A stretch of 62,842 nucleotides of DNA, filler included, from Platydemus manokwari (lineage: Eukaryota): the NCBI GenBank assembly GCA_037951405.1. It is 6 parts of 6 records of this genome, joined end to end, with 100 filler letters (N's around TTAATTAATTAA, not from the genome) between each part and the next. Parts side by side here need not be neighbours in the genome. Positions count along the whole stretch, not along the records: positions 21,932 to 35,105 come from JBBMOY011811390.1; positions 35,206 to 44,146 come from JBBMOY011325539.1; 4 more parts are not named here. One strand, given 5' to 3'. Position numbers and translations under genes: made by a program. The notes beneath the pieces are model-generated. The model worked only from the letters and a program-made list of their open reading frames with translations, made no database searches and was not told the DNA's origin. Positions 25,201-37,582 of the stretch are shown one piece after another. Within the stretch, counting starts at the first letter, position 1; each line of letters begins with the position of its first letter.

Positions 25201-25937
25201 TAGTGATCGATTGAAGAGATAAAGCCACTAATTGACTTAGAGTTATAAATGAGATTCTTTGAAAAGTAAAAAGAAAAATAAATTATAAAAGATCGAGAAA
25301 TGTTAGTCGTATTTTAGTGGCTCATTTCGCTAATTCTATAATTCATTTGTTTTTTTGGCTGTTTAACTTTATTCAATATTTTTAAAAGATTATTAATTAT
25401 TTTTTTTCTGTTAAATTTGCGAAAAACTATTGAAATTTTCTTGATTTTTTTTAAAATAATATAATCGCAATTTGTGCTTATAATATGTGATTCCAAGTGA
25501 TATTCAAAAATTGCTTTAAAAGCATTACCAAACATGTGGGACTATCTAACATGCATGCATATATGAAACATGTTTAGCTGAGCAAAGTATTAAAAATATT
25601 AAATTTCTAGTCTTTACGTAGACTAGTATTAAATTAATAATTTTCATACTGTATTTTAAAAATATAAATTTAATTATTCGTGTACATTTGATAAAATACG
25701 AACACCAATGCTTTTTGATTATTTGCATTTTTCTCGTGTGGTTTACAACTCAAACAATTCAAAACGGTTATTCAAAACTATTGTTTGCTATTGGAAGCAC
25801 TATAATTTAAATGGATCGATTCAGATTGAATGAATTGTTATTACTTTTAAATAGAATAAATAGTAATAAGAAGATATCGTCTTTCAAATTTCATATAAAA
25901 CGACTTCCACGATTTTTAATGAAACGAATTATTATTT

Positions 25938-28670
25938 TTAATAAATCCTAGTAATACCTTTAGAAAATTTCATTGGATGTCTCTCAAATGTAGGCTTAAT
26001 GACTACTTTTTCTCTCATCTTTTGCTTCGATGCAACTGTATGCTTTAAGATATTGTTTTTATCTTTTTTAACATTCTGTACATCCGAAGCGTTCAGATTC
26101 TTAGAATCATCACAATTCACTTGGTCGATATTATACAAAGGTGAATTACTTATCTCAATATTTTTTGGAGTATGAGATAAGGAGAGATAACATGGACTTG
26201 TTTTCTTTATCAGATTTTCGATAACTGGTTTTTTGTCTTCGGTTTTTAATAACGATGAAAAATTGGCTGTTCTCATTTGAGAGAGGACAAAAGATTTCTT
26301 TTGAGTTAGAAATGATTTTGATTTTCTATACGTATCATCATCATCATCTTCAGATAATATTATTTCTTGCAAATTTGAATGTATCCTATTACCGCTTTTT
26401 GATTTTACAGAACCAGTTGTTATTAAAACGTCCTCATCAGTCAAAGTAGAATCTGAAGACGAATTTACTGATTCAACTTGAGTTGTGAAAGTTGATATAT
26501 TGACTCTATCTTTTTTCAAAGTGATAGGAGTCGATATTTGATTCGTTACATCATCACCCTTGGGCATTATTCCATGTTGGGCTTTATTAACAATTTCAAT
26601 TATAGAATAATTTTTAGGACTTATTGAATTACTGAATGTCGACATTTTTAAATCTTTACTTCTATTCCAATCCGATTCAAGTTTAAGCATATTGTATATA
26701 TTTTCGGAATAACTAATGGAATTGTTGACATCTGAAAAAGAATCAAGCTTTTCATGTCCCGATTTTCTGCCCATCCTGAGACAAGAAACACTATTCTCTG
26801 GAGAACAGTCTTTTTTATAAAGGTTTTTCATATCACCAATAAATGATGGAGTGGATTGAAGAGAGATGATAATCGGAGAAAATGAATTTAATTGACATTG
26901 TTTTGTGATCGTGGGACAATCATCTAATTCGTTGTGTTTTATCGTGTCACTCAAATTACTGACTTCATGAGTCATAGATGATTGAATTATATAATTTGGA
27001 ATATCAGCTTTGCTTGATTGATTTGTTAGTGAACTAAAATTATCTCTGTGTGTATCGCACAAGTCCGGAATAGACGTATTTGATGATATTAAGTAATTTA
27101 GCTCTTCACTTTTCGTTGAAGTGAGGAACCCAGATTTATTTACCTCCGACCGAACTTCCCATTGGGAACAAAATCCATTATCCTTTAAAAGTGGTGAATT
27201 TAAAGAGCTCTTTTTTGGTTCAACAAATGTTACAGAACGTCTTATTTTTGGTCTAATAATTTGATGTAGGGAAATGTCTTTATTTGTGCTTCGATGATAA
27301 TCACAAGTCGGGATATCTTTCCATGGAGAATCTGTCGAGGAAGATTTTTCCATTCTTGTTTTCGTACAATGAGTAGGAATTCTTGAATATAAAATTGGAT
27401 TGTCTTGTTCTGCTATTGGTTTTATATCAACACCAGCAACATAACTGACTTTTAAAAAATTATAATTATTTGATATTCTATCAGTTGATTTTTGCTTCAT
27501 ATTATGTGACATGGGTAATTTGGACTGTTGAAAACATTTGCAAATGGGAATTTCTTTGGGTCTGATATTTTTTGTTTTGTCGATTGATGACTCAATATGT
27601 GATGTTGATTCCGTGAATTCAGGCAGGCGATTTTTGTTATTAATTGATCTTGATTTAAAATCGGATTTGTTTTGTGAGAATTTTAATGAATTCATATTTT
27701 TCTTTGCTTCATAATGATTTTTCCATTGGTTTAAATTACTGTTTGGTTTTAAATTCGTGTTTTGTTTTTCATTGTGTTTCACGGAACGGATTTTTATGGA
27801 ATCTGTGTTCAGAAATTTTTCCAACGACGGTCTATGAGGATCAATAAAAGCATTCGATAAAAATGAATTCCTAGTTGATCTTAATTCTTTGACTTTTTCG
27901 CACAGTCCACTGTTTGTTTTCGATGAACACTCGAAATCTTCACCAACTTGTGAAGTTTCATAATTATTCGAACGTCTTCTTTGATTACATGATTTGTGAA
28001 TATTATCGCTTTTATTAGCTTTGGATAATTTTTCCATAACAAATGCTTCTTCGGGCTTCGTTATGTTACCACCGGATACGAAATCAATTTTTTTGAAGCC
28101 AGGACGTATGAAATTATTCCGTGTCCAGTTTTCGATTTTTCGATAAACCGATCTCATTTTATCTTGAAGCATTTTTTCACACGTACTATTAATGTAGTCG
28201 TCAACGACCATCATCAGAACTTTTTCAATACTTCTAGGTTGTTCTAAGATATTTTTGAACATCGAATGAAACAATTCGTGCATTTGGAGTTTTGAATTTA
28301 AGGATTTTTTGAGATGATATGTTTGTAATCTAGATTTAAGTTTATCGCTGTAGAAAGAATTATAATTATTTTTTACAAACGAATCTAAAAATTCGTTAGA
28401 AAAATTCGAAAAATCTCCATTTTCAGTTGTAGAATGGTAATCATTATAATCCAATCGATGGTTGTCTTCGATGACATTGTCAGTGTTAGATAAACTTCCA
28501 TTTTTGTCACCGACAGATTTGGTTCGGTTCTTACGAGTTCCTAATGATTTTCTAAAACTACTGAACCAACCTTTATTATTAGAAGCGTCACAACTGGACT
28601 TGGATGATATATGCTTTGAAGAACTTTGTGATTTATCTGATTTATTAATCGTTTTATTAAAATTTTGCAT
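25938..28670 (-). CDS. Uncharacterised 910-aa Ser/Asn/Lys-rich, probably largely disordered protein (single exon)
   Basis: 2.7-kb stop-free ATG..TAA frame in very AT-rich DNA, which is essentially impossible by chance. No RT, integrase, transposase or other domain recognised. Confidence 0.8.
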   Translation of the reverse strand: MQNFNKTINKSDKSQSSSKHISSKSSCDASNNKGWFSSFRKSLGTRKNRTKSVGDKNGSLSNTDNVIEDNHRLDYNDYHSTTENGDFSNFSNEFLDSFVKNNYNSFYSDKLKSRLQTYHLKKSLNSKLQMHELFHSMFKNILEQPRSIEKVLMMVVDDYINSTCEKMLQDKMRSVYRKIENWTRNNFIRPGFKKIDFVSGGNITKPEEAFVMEKLSKANKSDNIHKSCNQRRRSNNYETSQVGEDFECSSKTNSGLCEKVKELRSTRNSFLSNAFIDPHRPSLEKFLNTDSIKIRSVKHNEKQNTNLKPNSNLNQWKNHYEAKKNMNSLKFSQNKSDFKSRSINNKNRLPEFTESTSHIESSIDKTKNIRPKEIPICKCFQQSKLPMSHNMKQKSTDRISNNYNFLKVSYVAGVDIKPIAEQDNPILYSRIPTHCTKTRMEKSSSTDSPWKDIPTCDYHRSTNKDISLHQIIRPKIRRSVTFVEPKKSSLNSPLLKDNGFCSQWEVRSEVNKSGFLTSTKSEELNYLISSNTSIPDLCDTHRDNFSSLTNQSSKADIPNYIIQSSMTHEVSNLSDTIKHNELDDCPTITKQCQLNSFSPIIISLQSTPSFIGDMKNLYKKDCSPENSVSCLRMGRKSGHEKLDSFSDVNNSISYSENIYNMLKLESDWNRSKDLKMSTFSNSISPKNYSIIEIVNKAQHGIMPKGDDVTNQISTPITLKKDRVNISTFTTQVESVNSSSDSTLTDEDVLITTGSVKSKSGNRIHSNLQEIILSEDDDDDTYRKSKSFLTQKKSFVLSQMRTANFSSLLKTEDKKPVIENLIKKTSPCYLSLSHTPKNIEISNSPLYNIDQVNCDDSKNLNASDVQNVKKDKNNILKHTVASKQKMREKVVIKPTFERHPMKFSKGITRIY

Positions 28671-29072
28671 GATTTTGATGAGAAATTAATAATTTTTAGA
28701 TCTAAAATCCAATTTTAAGACATTATTGTAAATATACAAAATAATCAATATTTATTTTAATTATTTATTATATAGAAATAATATTTCTTAATTACTATAT
28801 TTACAATTTTATAGAAATATTCACAATAAAATCCAAATCTAAACTTGCAAATAGTTAATATTGCGATTGTTACAAAATTTTACTAAAAATTTTAAAAAAA
28901 TTTATTTTAGATAAAATAATGAAAAAAATAGATTAGCAGTACTACTTTTAACATCTTACAGATATTAAGTAAATAATAATGGAAAATATTTAAATAAATA
29001 TTTTCATTAATATTATCAAATTCTCATCAAAAATAGAAAATTATCATCTTTATTTTATATTATTATTTAATA

Positions 29073-29299
29073 CAGGGGTCTCCTAACTTTTTCAGCAAGG
29101 GCCACATTGCTGATTTTTTAAAATTTGGAGGGCCAAAACTATGATATGTTTACAAAAATTGAGGTTCAAAATGAGTAGTTGAAATCATTAATAAGTCATT
29201 TAAATGTTCATCAGACAATCGTGACCTGTAGCAAGATTTTTGTCATAATGTTCGTGTGTTTCATAGTAAGCTTGGCGGGCCGTACTTTGGAGACCGCTG
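29073..29299. mobile_element. hAT (Charlie/Buster-type) MITE
   Basis: TIRs CAGGGGTCTCCTAACT / revcomp CAGCGGTCTCCAAAGT. Flanks ATTTAATA / ATCTAGTG look like a decayed 8-bp TSD with central TA. Confidence 0.75.
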
Positions 29300-29589
29300 A
29301 TCTAGTGCATCAAGTAGTAAACCGTGCATAAGCATTACCAATCAAAATCATCTAAAATATTATATTATATCTATCCGTAGCAAACCGAATTCTGCCCATA
29401 AGACAAGCAGCAGTTCGGTTACTGGAATTCAATTCAATACTCACAAAGTGACGATTATTCATTGATTTTAAACTTCCTTGATAAACATTCTTATCAATTC
29501 AAATCATTGCAATCTTGCGTGATTCTGGAAGTCTAAAAAGCATAAAATATTGACGATATTTATATAAATTAATTTTTATATTATGCAAC

Positions 29590-30130
29590 TATGTGTTGGG
29601 TTATCAATCAATAATTTAGTTCTTAAAATCTGCATTAACAACAACAAATCTTTACACAATTCACAACGTAAATCACTAAAGATGGGATCAATGCCGGAAA
29701 ATCCAAAACAGTATGAAAAGTAATCAAAAAGACTGATTACTAAAATCACACATAAGCTAAGCACTCAAGTTATCGATCAAAAAAGACTGGCGAGAATCCA
29801 TGGAACTGAACCTCTTTTATAGACCTATCGAATGCGACTGCTTGATGTTGAGAATCTTCATTTTCCATTTGTGGAATTTATTTGTGGATCGATTTACTTG
29901 AGATTTTCTTTTCATCTCTCGTGTCATTGGCCGATATTTGAGCTTGCTGCCACGTGTAGGTATGAGCCTGTCGATTCTTAACTTCTAAATATGGATTAAT
30001 ATTACGATGAATCTGATTAGCTAACGGTACGTGTGTTTATCGGGTTTGTGTGTATTGACCCTTTTTAGGGTTCTTCCTTGGTTCTTGTGACCCTTTTGAT
30101 TGATTTGTGATACACAACATATATATTACA
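29590..30130 (-). mobile_element. Possible solo LTR
   Basis: GC-richer non-coding block that starts TGTAATATA on the minus strand, with an internal CTATAAAAGAGG TATA-like box (29812-29823). No TSD verified. Confidence 0.3.
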
Positions 30131-31899
30131 GGAATGGTTTTACTATAATAATTTTATGATGGATGTAAATACTACAGCAGCCTTACATGCATCGAACTGA
30201 CTGAGCAGTCCGTTTCAATAACATTTTTCCTTACCGACTTGTAACACACATTTGATACCAGAACTTGAACAAAGCCTAATGGTTCCTGTTTACTCATTCA
30301 CTCGAAAATATGTTATTAAAGACCATCTTCTTTTTATTGAGATTGATATTTATATGGCATAATAACTTTTACTTATTCATTATATTAAAATATAGTATAA
30401 TATATTTTGCTAGATCCTATTTATCATTATATATAACTATATATCTTGTTATTGAGGTATGTCGATATTCGTTTCCCATTGCTGGTGTGTACCAACTGAC
30501 AATCGAAGCTCAACCAGAGACTGATATTATGAAAGTCTGTGATTGGGAGTTGCACTAGCGTACATTCATTAGCGGCCATTTAACCAGCACACCTCTAAAG
30601 GATGCCTGCGTCACTTACAAAGCTCATACCGACAATCGAAACCTCAAGCTACAATTCAAGAGCATTCAACCAGCTAGCAATCAACAATCACAACTGATAG
30701 TAACTCTATCTACCAGACGATCGAGCAATTCTCTAAGAATCTCATACAAGCAAACTTACTGGACGTACCAAAGGATTAATCGATTTTCTAAAAAGAAGTG
30801 AGGACTTGTGGCACCGCATCGTGAAGATTTTTATGTTTATAATAAATAAATTTTATCTCTATAAAAAATGTAATTATAATCTCAAAGTTACACTTTAAAA
30901 TCAAATTTTCAAGATTTTCTCTGTAAAACACAATCAAAAGCAAAGTCACTAATCAATTCACAACTGTATCAGCATCTTAAAGAAAAAACAGAAACCGGAA
31001 CAAAAACTATTTCCAATTGATAATCAAGTGATGTTTAGGGATTGGCATTTTGGAGGCATCTGATTGCATACTGATCAGTTCACTAATCGAATCTCTGTGT
31101 ATCAAACTTTTTGAGGGTTTTTTTCGAAAGTATCTTGGTTTAATTTTGTTGCACACTTCACAGAAAGATTAAACAAAGAACCATCATTTTTATACGACTG
31201 CAAAACGACATTTGCGAATAAAAATATTTATTATGGTGAGAGTTATCAAATCATTTGAGCATAAAACCAAGTGTCAAATCTATATTCAATCATATATCGA
31301 TCACAGTTTACTTGTAAAATATACATTGGTAATCAACGGATTTTTGTGAAATTATACAAATATATTTATATAAATATATATTGTTGTGTAATATTAGCCA
31401 GGAGTAGATTCTGAGCTAAGGTAAGAAGTATCTGGACTTGGTCCTAGTTTCGTTAACATAACTTGTAAGGCACTTGAGTTCCATCAGTGTTATTTATCGG
31501 TGTAAAGTGTTATATAAAAATATCTTAATCAGAAAGTCGTATTTGTTTTATTACTATTTTGCACCGGAATTTGAAAAGGAATAAGATTAGGATAATAAGA
31601 CCGACTGTTAATTTAGAGTAGTTCTAAACATATCAAATAGATATATGATTGAAACGAAAGTCTTATCAGATAGAAAATAATATTTATTTTAACAATAAAG
31701 AAAATAGGTAATAGAAACGAAACGTCAATCGTCTGAAAATCTAAATTTCAATTTTTTATGATGAAATGCTTACTTTAAATGCATTATTAACTACGTTTCA
31801 AAATGCTAAATTTCTATCTTATAATTAAATAATTGTTTCAGATAGCTATCATTTAAAAATATTATTTTGTTGCAAGAGACTTGAAAAAGCTGAAAGGTG

Positions 31900-32350
31900 G
31901 AATGAATACGCCAGTAATTGAGAAGAGGATAAACGCCGTGTCTGCGAGAACATAAAGGTAGAAATTTACTGCGCTCAGTTGGACAAACTCGTAGATGCAT
32001 TTCGAGAAAGAGGCTCAGATGTGTGAAAACAGTTTTAAAAAGTTCCATTTCCTTCATGATAATGCTCGATCGCATAAGGTATCTTTAATTAAAAATAAGC
32101 TTGCTAAGATAGATTTAACGGTAATACCGCATCCACCATACTCTCTAGACCTTGTTCTTTCAGATTGTTACTTGTTTTCTCCTATGAAAAACTCACTTCG
32201 TGGGAAAACGTATCACTCCCCTGAAGACATTAATGTTGATTTGGAAAAGAGGTTCGCTTCAAAACCTGTGGAATTCTATGAAAACGGCATAAAAAAATTT
32301 CTAGGACGCTGTCAAAATGTATGGACCTTAATGGTGACTATTTTGAAAAT
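31900..32350 (+). mobile_element. Mariner transposase C-terminal fragment (frameshifted)
   Basis: IYCAQLDKL, FLHDNARSH, HPPYSLDLVLSDCYLF (YSPDL motif and third catalytic D), FYENGIKK and terminal DLNGDYFE, spread over shifted frames. Confidence 0.9.
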
Positions 32351-32359
32351 ATTCTTAGG

Positions 32360-33620
32360 AAGATTCATAAATGGGAGTGTGAATGTGGTATGCATGATAT
32401 GTGTATGTTGTTTGAAGGCATATTGATAAGTAATTGCGCAAGTGTCAGTTGTTACAATCCAATAAACCTTCTAAGATGTCATTACAACATCAATAATAGG
32501 ATGATGTATATAAATGTTTTAAATAAATTATTTCGTATAAAACGACTTATTTCCAACATGACAACCAATGTCCAAAATTGTATTAAACTTCTAGAGCAGT
32601 AAGGGACAAAAGATGATTTGGAGAAATTCATTACAGAAACAAAGAGATTCTTCGAACTAACTCAACAACCAACAGAATTCGAAGAAACACTGATGAAGGC
32701 TTTTCTTGCGACAGAATTGCTACCAATATATGGGGTCACAGAAGGAATAGGTTTCGAAGAGATGCTTAGAAAATCGTTAAAACCCAAGATGAACCTTGCT
32801 GCCGATCTTGATGCAGCATTTAAGATACTAGGAAGGAAAGGAAGAAAATTCCAATCAGTTCTTCGAAAAAATCGAGAAGCTAACAGAGAATATTCTCCAG
32901 CATAAAGTAAGCAAGCCGTCATTAATGATTTTTTGACCTAACACGCAATTTAGGATGTGGAAATAAAGCGGATGTGAAAATGTGGGACGTAAAAATAGTA
33001 CATCAAGCAAAAAGACATCCACAAAGAAATCGAGGGAGAAGAATTACTGGCTGCGATTCATATGAAAGTGTTATCTGCTGAAATCACAAAGAATATAAAG
33101 CAATGGAATACTCTATTTGGGAGAAGCCAACTCTCAAGTAGTCAGCATGAAACGTAAATTCAGTTACTAAATGGACGATATCGAAACGCTTGGAAAGAAA
33201 CTCGACAGTGCTGGGCTTGCCACCAACTTGGACATATCAGAGTTCAATGCAACAATGTATACTGCTTTGACTGAAGTAGAAATGGTCATTTTCAATATCA
33301 ATGCAGAGTATTCAACCAGTATTTCGAGAACTTTCGGAACCGAGACAGACATGATCCACAAACGAAAGGAACATTTTATTCAAAATCAGAAGAGCACAGG
33401 AAGTTTAATACCATGAATGATTATGATGAAACAATGGAAAGGGACACAGAGAAACAGTCAGACGAAACTACGTTAAAAGACGAGGCTCTGGCGTACAGGG
33501 AGACGTTAGTAGCCATAAATTTGGTTTAAGTAGGTATTTAACTGACAATGAATGTTTGAATGAGAATGTATGTGAAATGAATGTATGTGTGCCTGAATAT
33601 ATGAGAATGAATGATGATTT
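32360..33620 (+). mobile_element. Internally deleted Gypsy-like LTR retrotransposon
   Basis: AATAAA then LTR-end-like ...TTACAACA (~32489). Gag-like frame 32558-32905 with one stop. ORF 33171-33416 fuses an RT-end-like segment (LDSAGLATN..EF) to an integrase-like segment (LTEVEMVIFNINAEYSTSI). Purine tract AGGGGAGA at ~33497 is followed by GAATGT-rich sequence resembling 32370-32410. Confidence 0.5.
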
Positions 33621-35033
33621 TATTTCCAATCATTGTGATTGTATTTCCATTGATGATGAAACCTCTTACAATATCCCTATATTTAAGAATAAGCTGGATA
33701 ACATTGTTGAATTTAAAAATTTAAATAAATATGGTAGAAATGCAGTATGTTTAAGTAATGATTGTAACTTGACAAAACCTACGCTTCAGCATTGTGACAA
33801 GTCAGATATTAGTGAAATTGTCTTACAGCTAACAAATTATCACAGATATCATCAAATCCCATCAGCTATTAGATTTTATTTTCCATTCCGTATCATATTT
33901 ATCTTTGGTATCGACCAGTAAGCAATCTCTTTACGTTCATTGTACTAAGGTAATTTTTCAGTGAATGCCTGTGTATACTTTTTATTGAATAGTTATGAAT
34001 TCAGAAGGCTAGAATCATTATGTTATTTAACTGATTATTATTAACTGATTAACAACAAGTATTTTAAATATGTAATACATGTTCCGATTATATTCGAATT
34101 GACAATCTATACTTAAAACTGGTTTACATCTATTTAGATTATTCTTGAAACCATAAAATACTTTTAGAATCTTGTAATGATTTATAATGACTTGTACGAG
34201 AAAGTATTTTTCAATAAAACAAAACAATCTGTAATAAAAAGTAGTTTGATTTCGTAAATATTTATTTGTAAACAAGGGTTAAAATGATGTACTAAATGAT
34301 TGTTTATATTTGTTTTGTTTCGCATAGTTTACAAATAACATTTTCATGTAAATGTTTTCGATACTTGATAATAATTGTCCTAATCTAATTTGTAATTTAG
34401 AATAATTCACCAATAAAATCTAATTGACTATGAGAATTTTAGTATAAGAACATTTTGAACTTAAAGACAACATAAACTTAATCTAACGTGGATAGAATTA
34501 TCGACATTCTTGACATAGGAACTGATAATTTCCAAATAAGTTGGTTTCAAAATTATTTCTACATGGCATTATCGGGTATGACATCGAGATACAAATTAAA
34601 CTCAATTTATTTTAACACGTTTGAAACAAAATTGCAATTTAATAAATTGAATGTAAATTAAGATAAAAATGGTATTTATTGTCATTGTGATTAGTTTATT
34701 AGGAAGCATATTAGGAAAAAACAGTAACAATAAACGAAATATATTCCAGTATTTGCAGTATTATACAGAGATGATTGGCCAATCCTATTTATACATACAT
34801 GGGAATAAAATATCAAAAACCATTTCTGATTTTTAAAGAAATGTTTTATAGTAGGTAGTTTGGTTTCAATAATTTGTGATTTGTTATTGTTTAATGTATT
34901 AAAGTGTTTATCGATAAATTAAACATTTCTAGTAATGTATTGAGATATGAAAATAGGGCTAATGTGCAGTACTAAATTTATTATCGATAGTTTTAGAGAA
35001 TGTCATAGATATATTGATTCATTTTAGCTTTTA

Positions 35034-35105
<72 letters not shown>
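35034..35105. repeat. (TAT)n microsatellite
   Basis: Read directly; abuts the spacer. Confidence 0.95.
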
Positions 35106-35205
35106 NNNNNNNNNNNNNNNNNNNNNNNNNNNNNNNNNNNNNNNNNNNNTTAATTAATTAANNNNNNNNNNNNNNNNNNNNNNNNNNNNNNNNNNNNNNN
35201 NNNNN
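35106..35205. other. Assembly spacer N44-TTAATTAATTAA-N44
   Basis: Same 100-nt structure; (TG)n follows at 35208-35227. Confidence 0.97.
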
Positions 35206-35760
35206 ATATGTGTGTGTGTGTGTGTGTAATTGAGTCGAGATGAACTTTTACATATTTCAAATCCAAAATAATTAACAAATATTGACAAGCCAATCAAAGA
35301 TAAAATAAGGAGAAAGACAAATTGATAAAGACAAAATATATTGGCTTGAAAATGATGAAAAATCTGACTCAAATAGAAGAATAAACGGAAAGGAACAGAT
35401 TGGAAATTGACAATAGAAGCGTATAAATAACCTGAAATGTCAAAGGGTTCAAGTAGACTGATGGTGGGGTGGGCTGTTCAAATAAAACATATAATTCCAC
35501 TTATTATCATTGCTATTTAAGCATTGGCCTTATTATTGTTGTCAAATTAATATTTAATAAATTATTATTAGTGTTATAATAATGATATAATTCACAGAAA
35601 ATTATTACTATTAATATAATTATATTTATAATGAATTACCATTATTATTATTATTTATTTATTATTAATTTAGGAATTACTCTTTATTATTATTTCAATT
35701 TACATTAATAAATGTAAAAAATTAAATGATTTATGCGATCAATCGACACAATTGCCCCAC

Positions 35761-36493
35761 CTTGAGCAGCTTTTAACAAGTCTACAGCCTTTTCGTGATG
35801 CTCATTTTCAACGGAAATCCCATTCACCGACAACAGCTGATCACCACGTTTTAACCCTCCATACCTATCTGCAACACCTCCTGGTATAATTCTACTAATG
35901 TAAATAGGTGAGTTTTGCTCTTTTCCGCCCATAACATTGAAACCAAGTCCTTCATCAGTTTTTGGTATTTCGACAACTCTTGGATGAGCATGACCTTCAC
36001 TAGCAGCAAATGCCGCAACTGTGGCTTTTGCTGTTGCACTAGCTCTAACCTAGAAAAATATTTATGAAAGTCTTTAATTTACTTAATAAGATATATGAAA
36101 AAAAATAGTTTTCAATTATATAAGATCTAATTTTAATTTTTTATTTCATATATTTTTAACTAATTTAATTTATAGCACACTAATACGATATGTTTTTGAA
36201 ATCAATTTTCATAATAAATTATAAATTATTAAAATATTACTTCTGCAGATCCCTCAATATCAACGGTTTCATAAATGTGTTCATAAACTTCTCGTACCAT
36301 ATTACAAAAATCAGACTGTAATATTTTTTGTAAGCCAATTAACTTTTCAGGTTTTAGATCTGGACATTTCTGCAAAGATTCTAATAGCTCAATAGCCCTT
36401 GATATATCTTTAACAAAATTAAAATAATTATATTTCAACTTGCTATTTTCATTAAAAATATAAACCTTTTTGTAGTGTTAAAGGCTCAGCCAT
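35761..36493 (-). CDS. LIN7: Protein lin-7 homolog (Veli/MALS; L27 + PDZ), last exon not found
   Basis: Exons 36493-36466 (MAEPLTLQK), 36407-36241 ([33 protein letters not shown]27 domain) and 36049-35761 ([78 protein letters not shown]). Introns 58 and 191 nt. Confidence 0.95.
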
Positions 36494-37203
36494 TTAAAAT
36501 ATTTCCGTCTAACTGTTTATTTTAAACTTAATTATATAAATAAAACAAAGTTAATTTAAGTTAAATTATTTCAGCAATAAAAATTTGAATTAATTTAACA
36601 AAATCTGCGAAGAAATAGATATACCATAACTTTAGCTTATTGGAAATATACTTTTTATAATTTACTTTAGTTTAAGAAAAATTACTTATATAAATTTAAT
36701 TAAATAAATAAACTTTGAAAAAATTAAGTTTTTACATGTAAACTTGACTTTAAAATCATAATTTTGAAGTGTTATTCGCATCATAAAGTTATTATACAAA
36801 TAGTATATTCATAACTCCCTTTGGATTTTTATATTGGATATTTGTAAATATGATAAATGTATAAATCATGTATATTACCGAGACGAAGTGTAGAAAATAC
36901 AATGACGTTAATCCTCGTAAATGAGCATCTCTCAAATCGTATAAAATGATATGAAAATAACGTGTCATCAAAGATTGTTCTCAAAATCTATTTTTCATCT
37001 CTCATATGTTTTTAACCTCATAAGGAAAAACACATTGCAATAACTCAAAAAATTCCGAATAATTTAATTATTTGATATGATTATTAAAATTCTTGCTTAT
37101 TAAACAGACAGGTTAGAAATTAGACAACAAAAATATATAATTTAGAGAATTCTAAATTATAAACTTTTGAAAATTTAAATCAAGATCCATATTTTATTAA
37201 GCT

Positions 37204-37582
37204 CTAATCGAATAAACCAAATCCCATGTCGCCATCACTTTCTGATGAGGATTCTTTTTCGACTTTTGTTTCTTCTACTTTTGCTGCTTGAGGTGCAGAA
37301 GCTACTCCTTGATCAGAAACTACAGAAGCTGAGCCACCACTTGGAACTGTAGCCAACATAGAAAAACCTTCAGCAATCAGAGTTTCAATAGATTTATCTT
37401 TCAAGTCTTTGAATAACTTATAATTTACATATATAATGTTAAATAACTCTAATTTTAATTACTTGCGCAACACAATTTTTGTCACATTCAACACCAACAC
37501 TACTCAATACATTTTCTATGTCACTTGGCTTCGGTGTTTTTCCACTCAAAAGGCATAACATATAAGCAGAAATATATCTCAT
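37204..37582 (-). CDS. RPLP2: 60S acidic ribosomal protein P2
   Basis: Exons 37582-37463 (MRYISAYMLCLLSGKTPKPSDIENVLSSVGVE..) and 37416-37204, with a 46-nt intron. 110 aa ending in DMGFGLFD; the MRY.AY N-terminus is P2-type. Confidence 0.93.

Noticed and set aside
35154-35372. ORF running into X residues
   Set aside because: Artifact of the (TG)n repeat and the assembly spacer.
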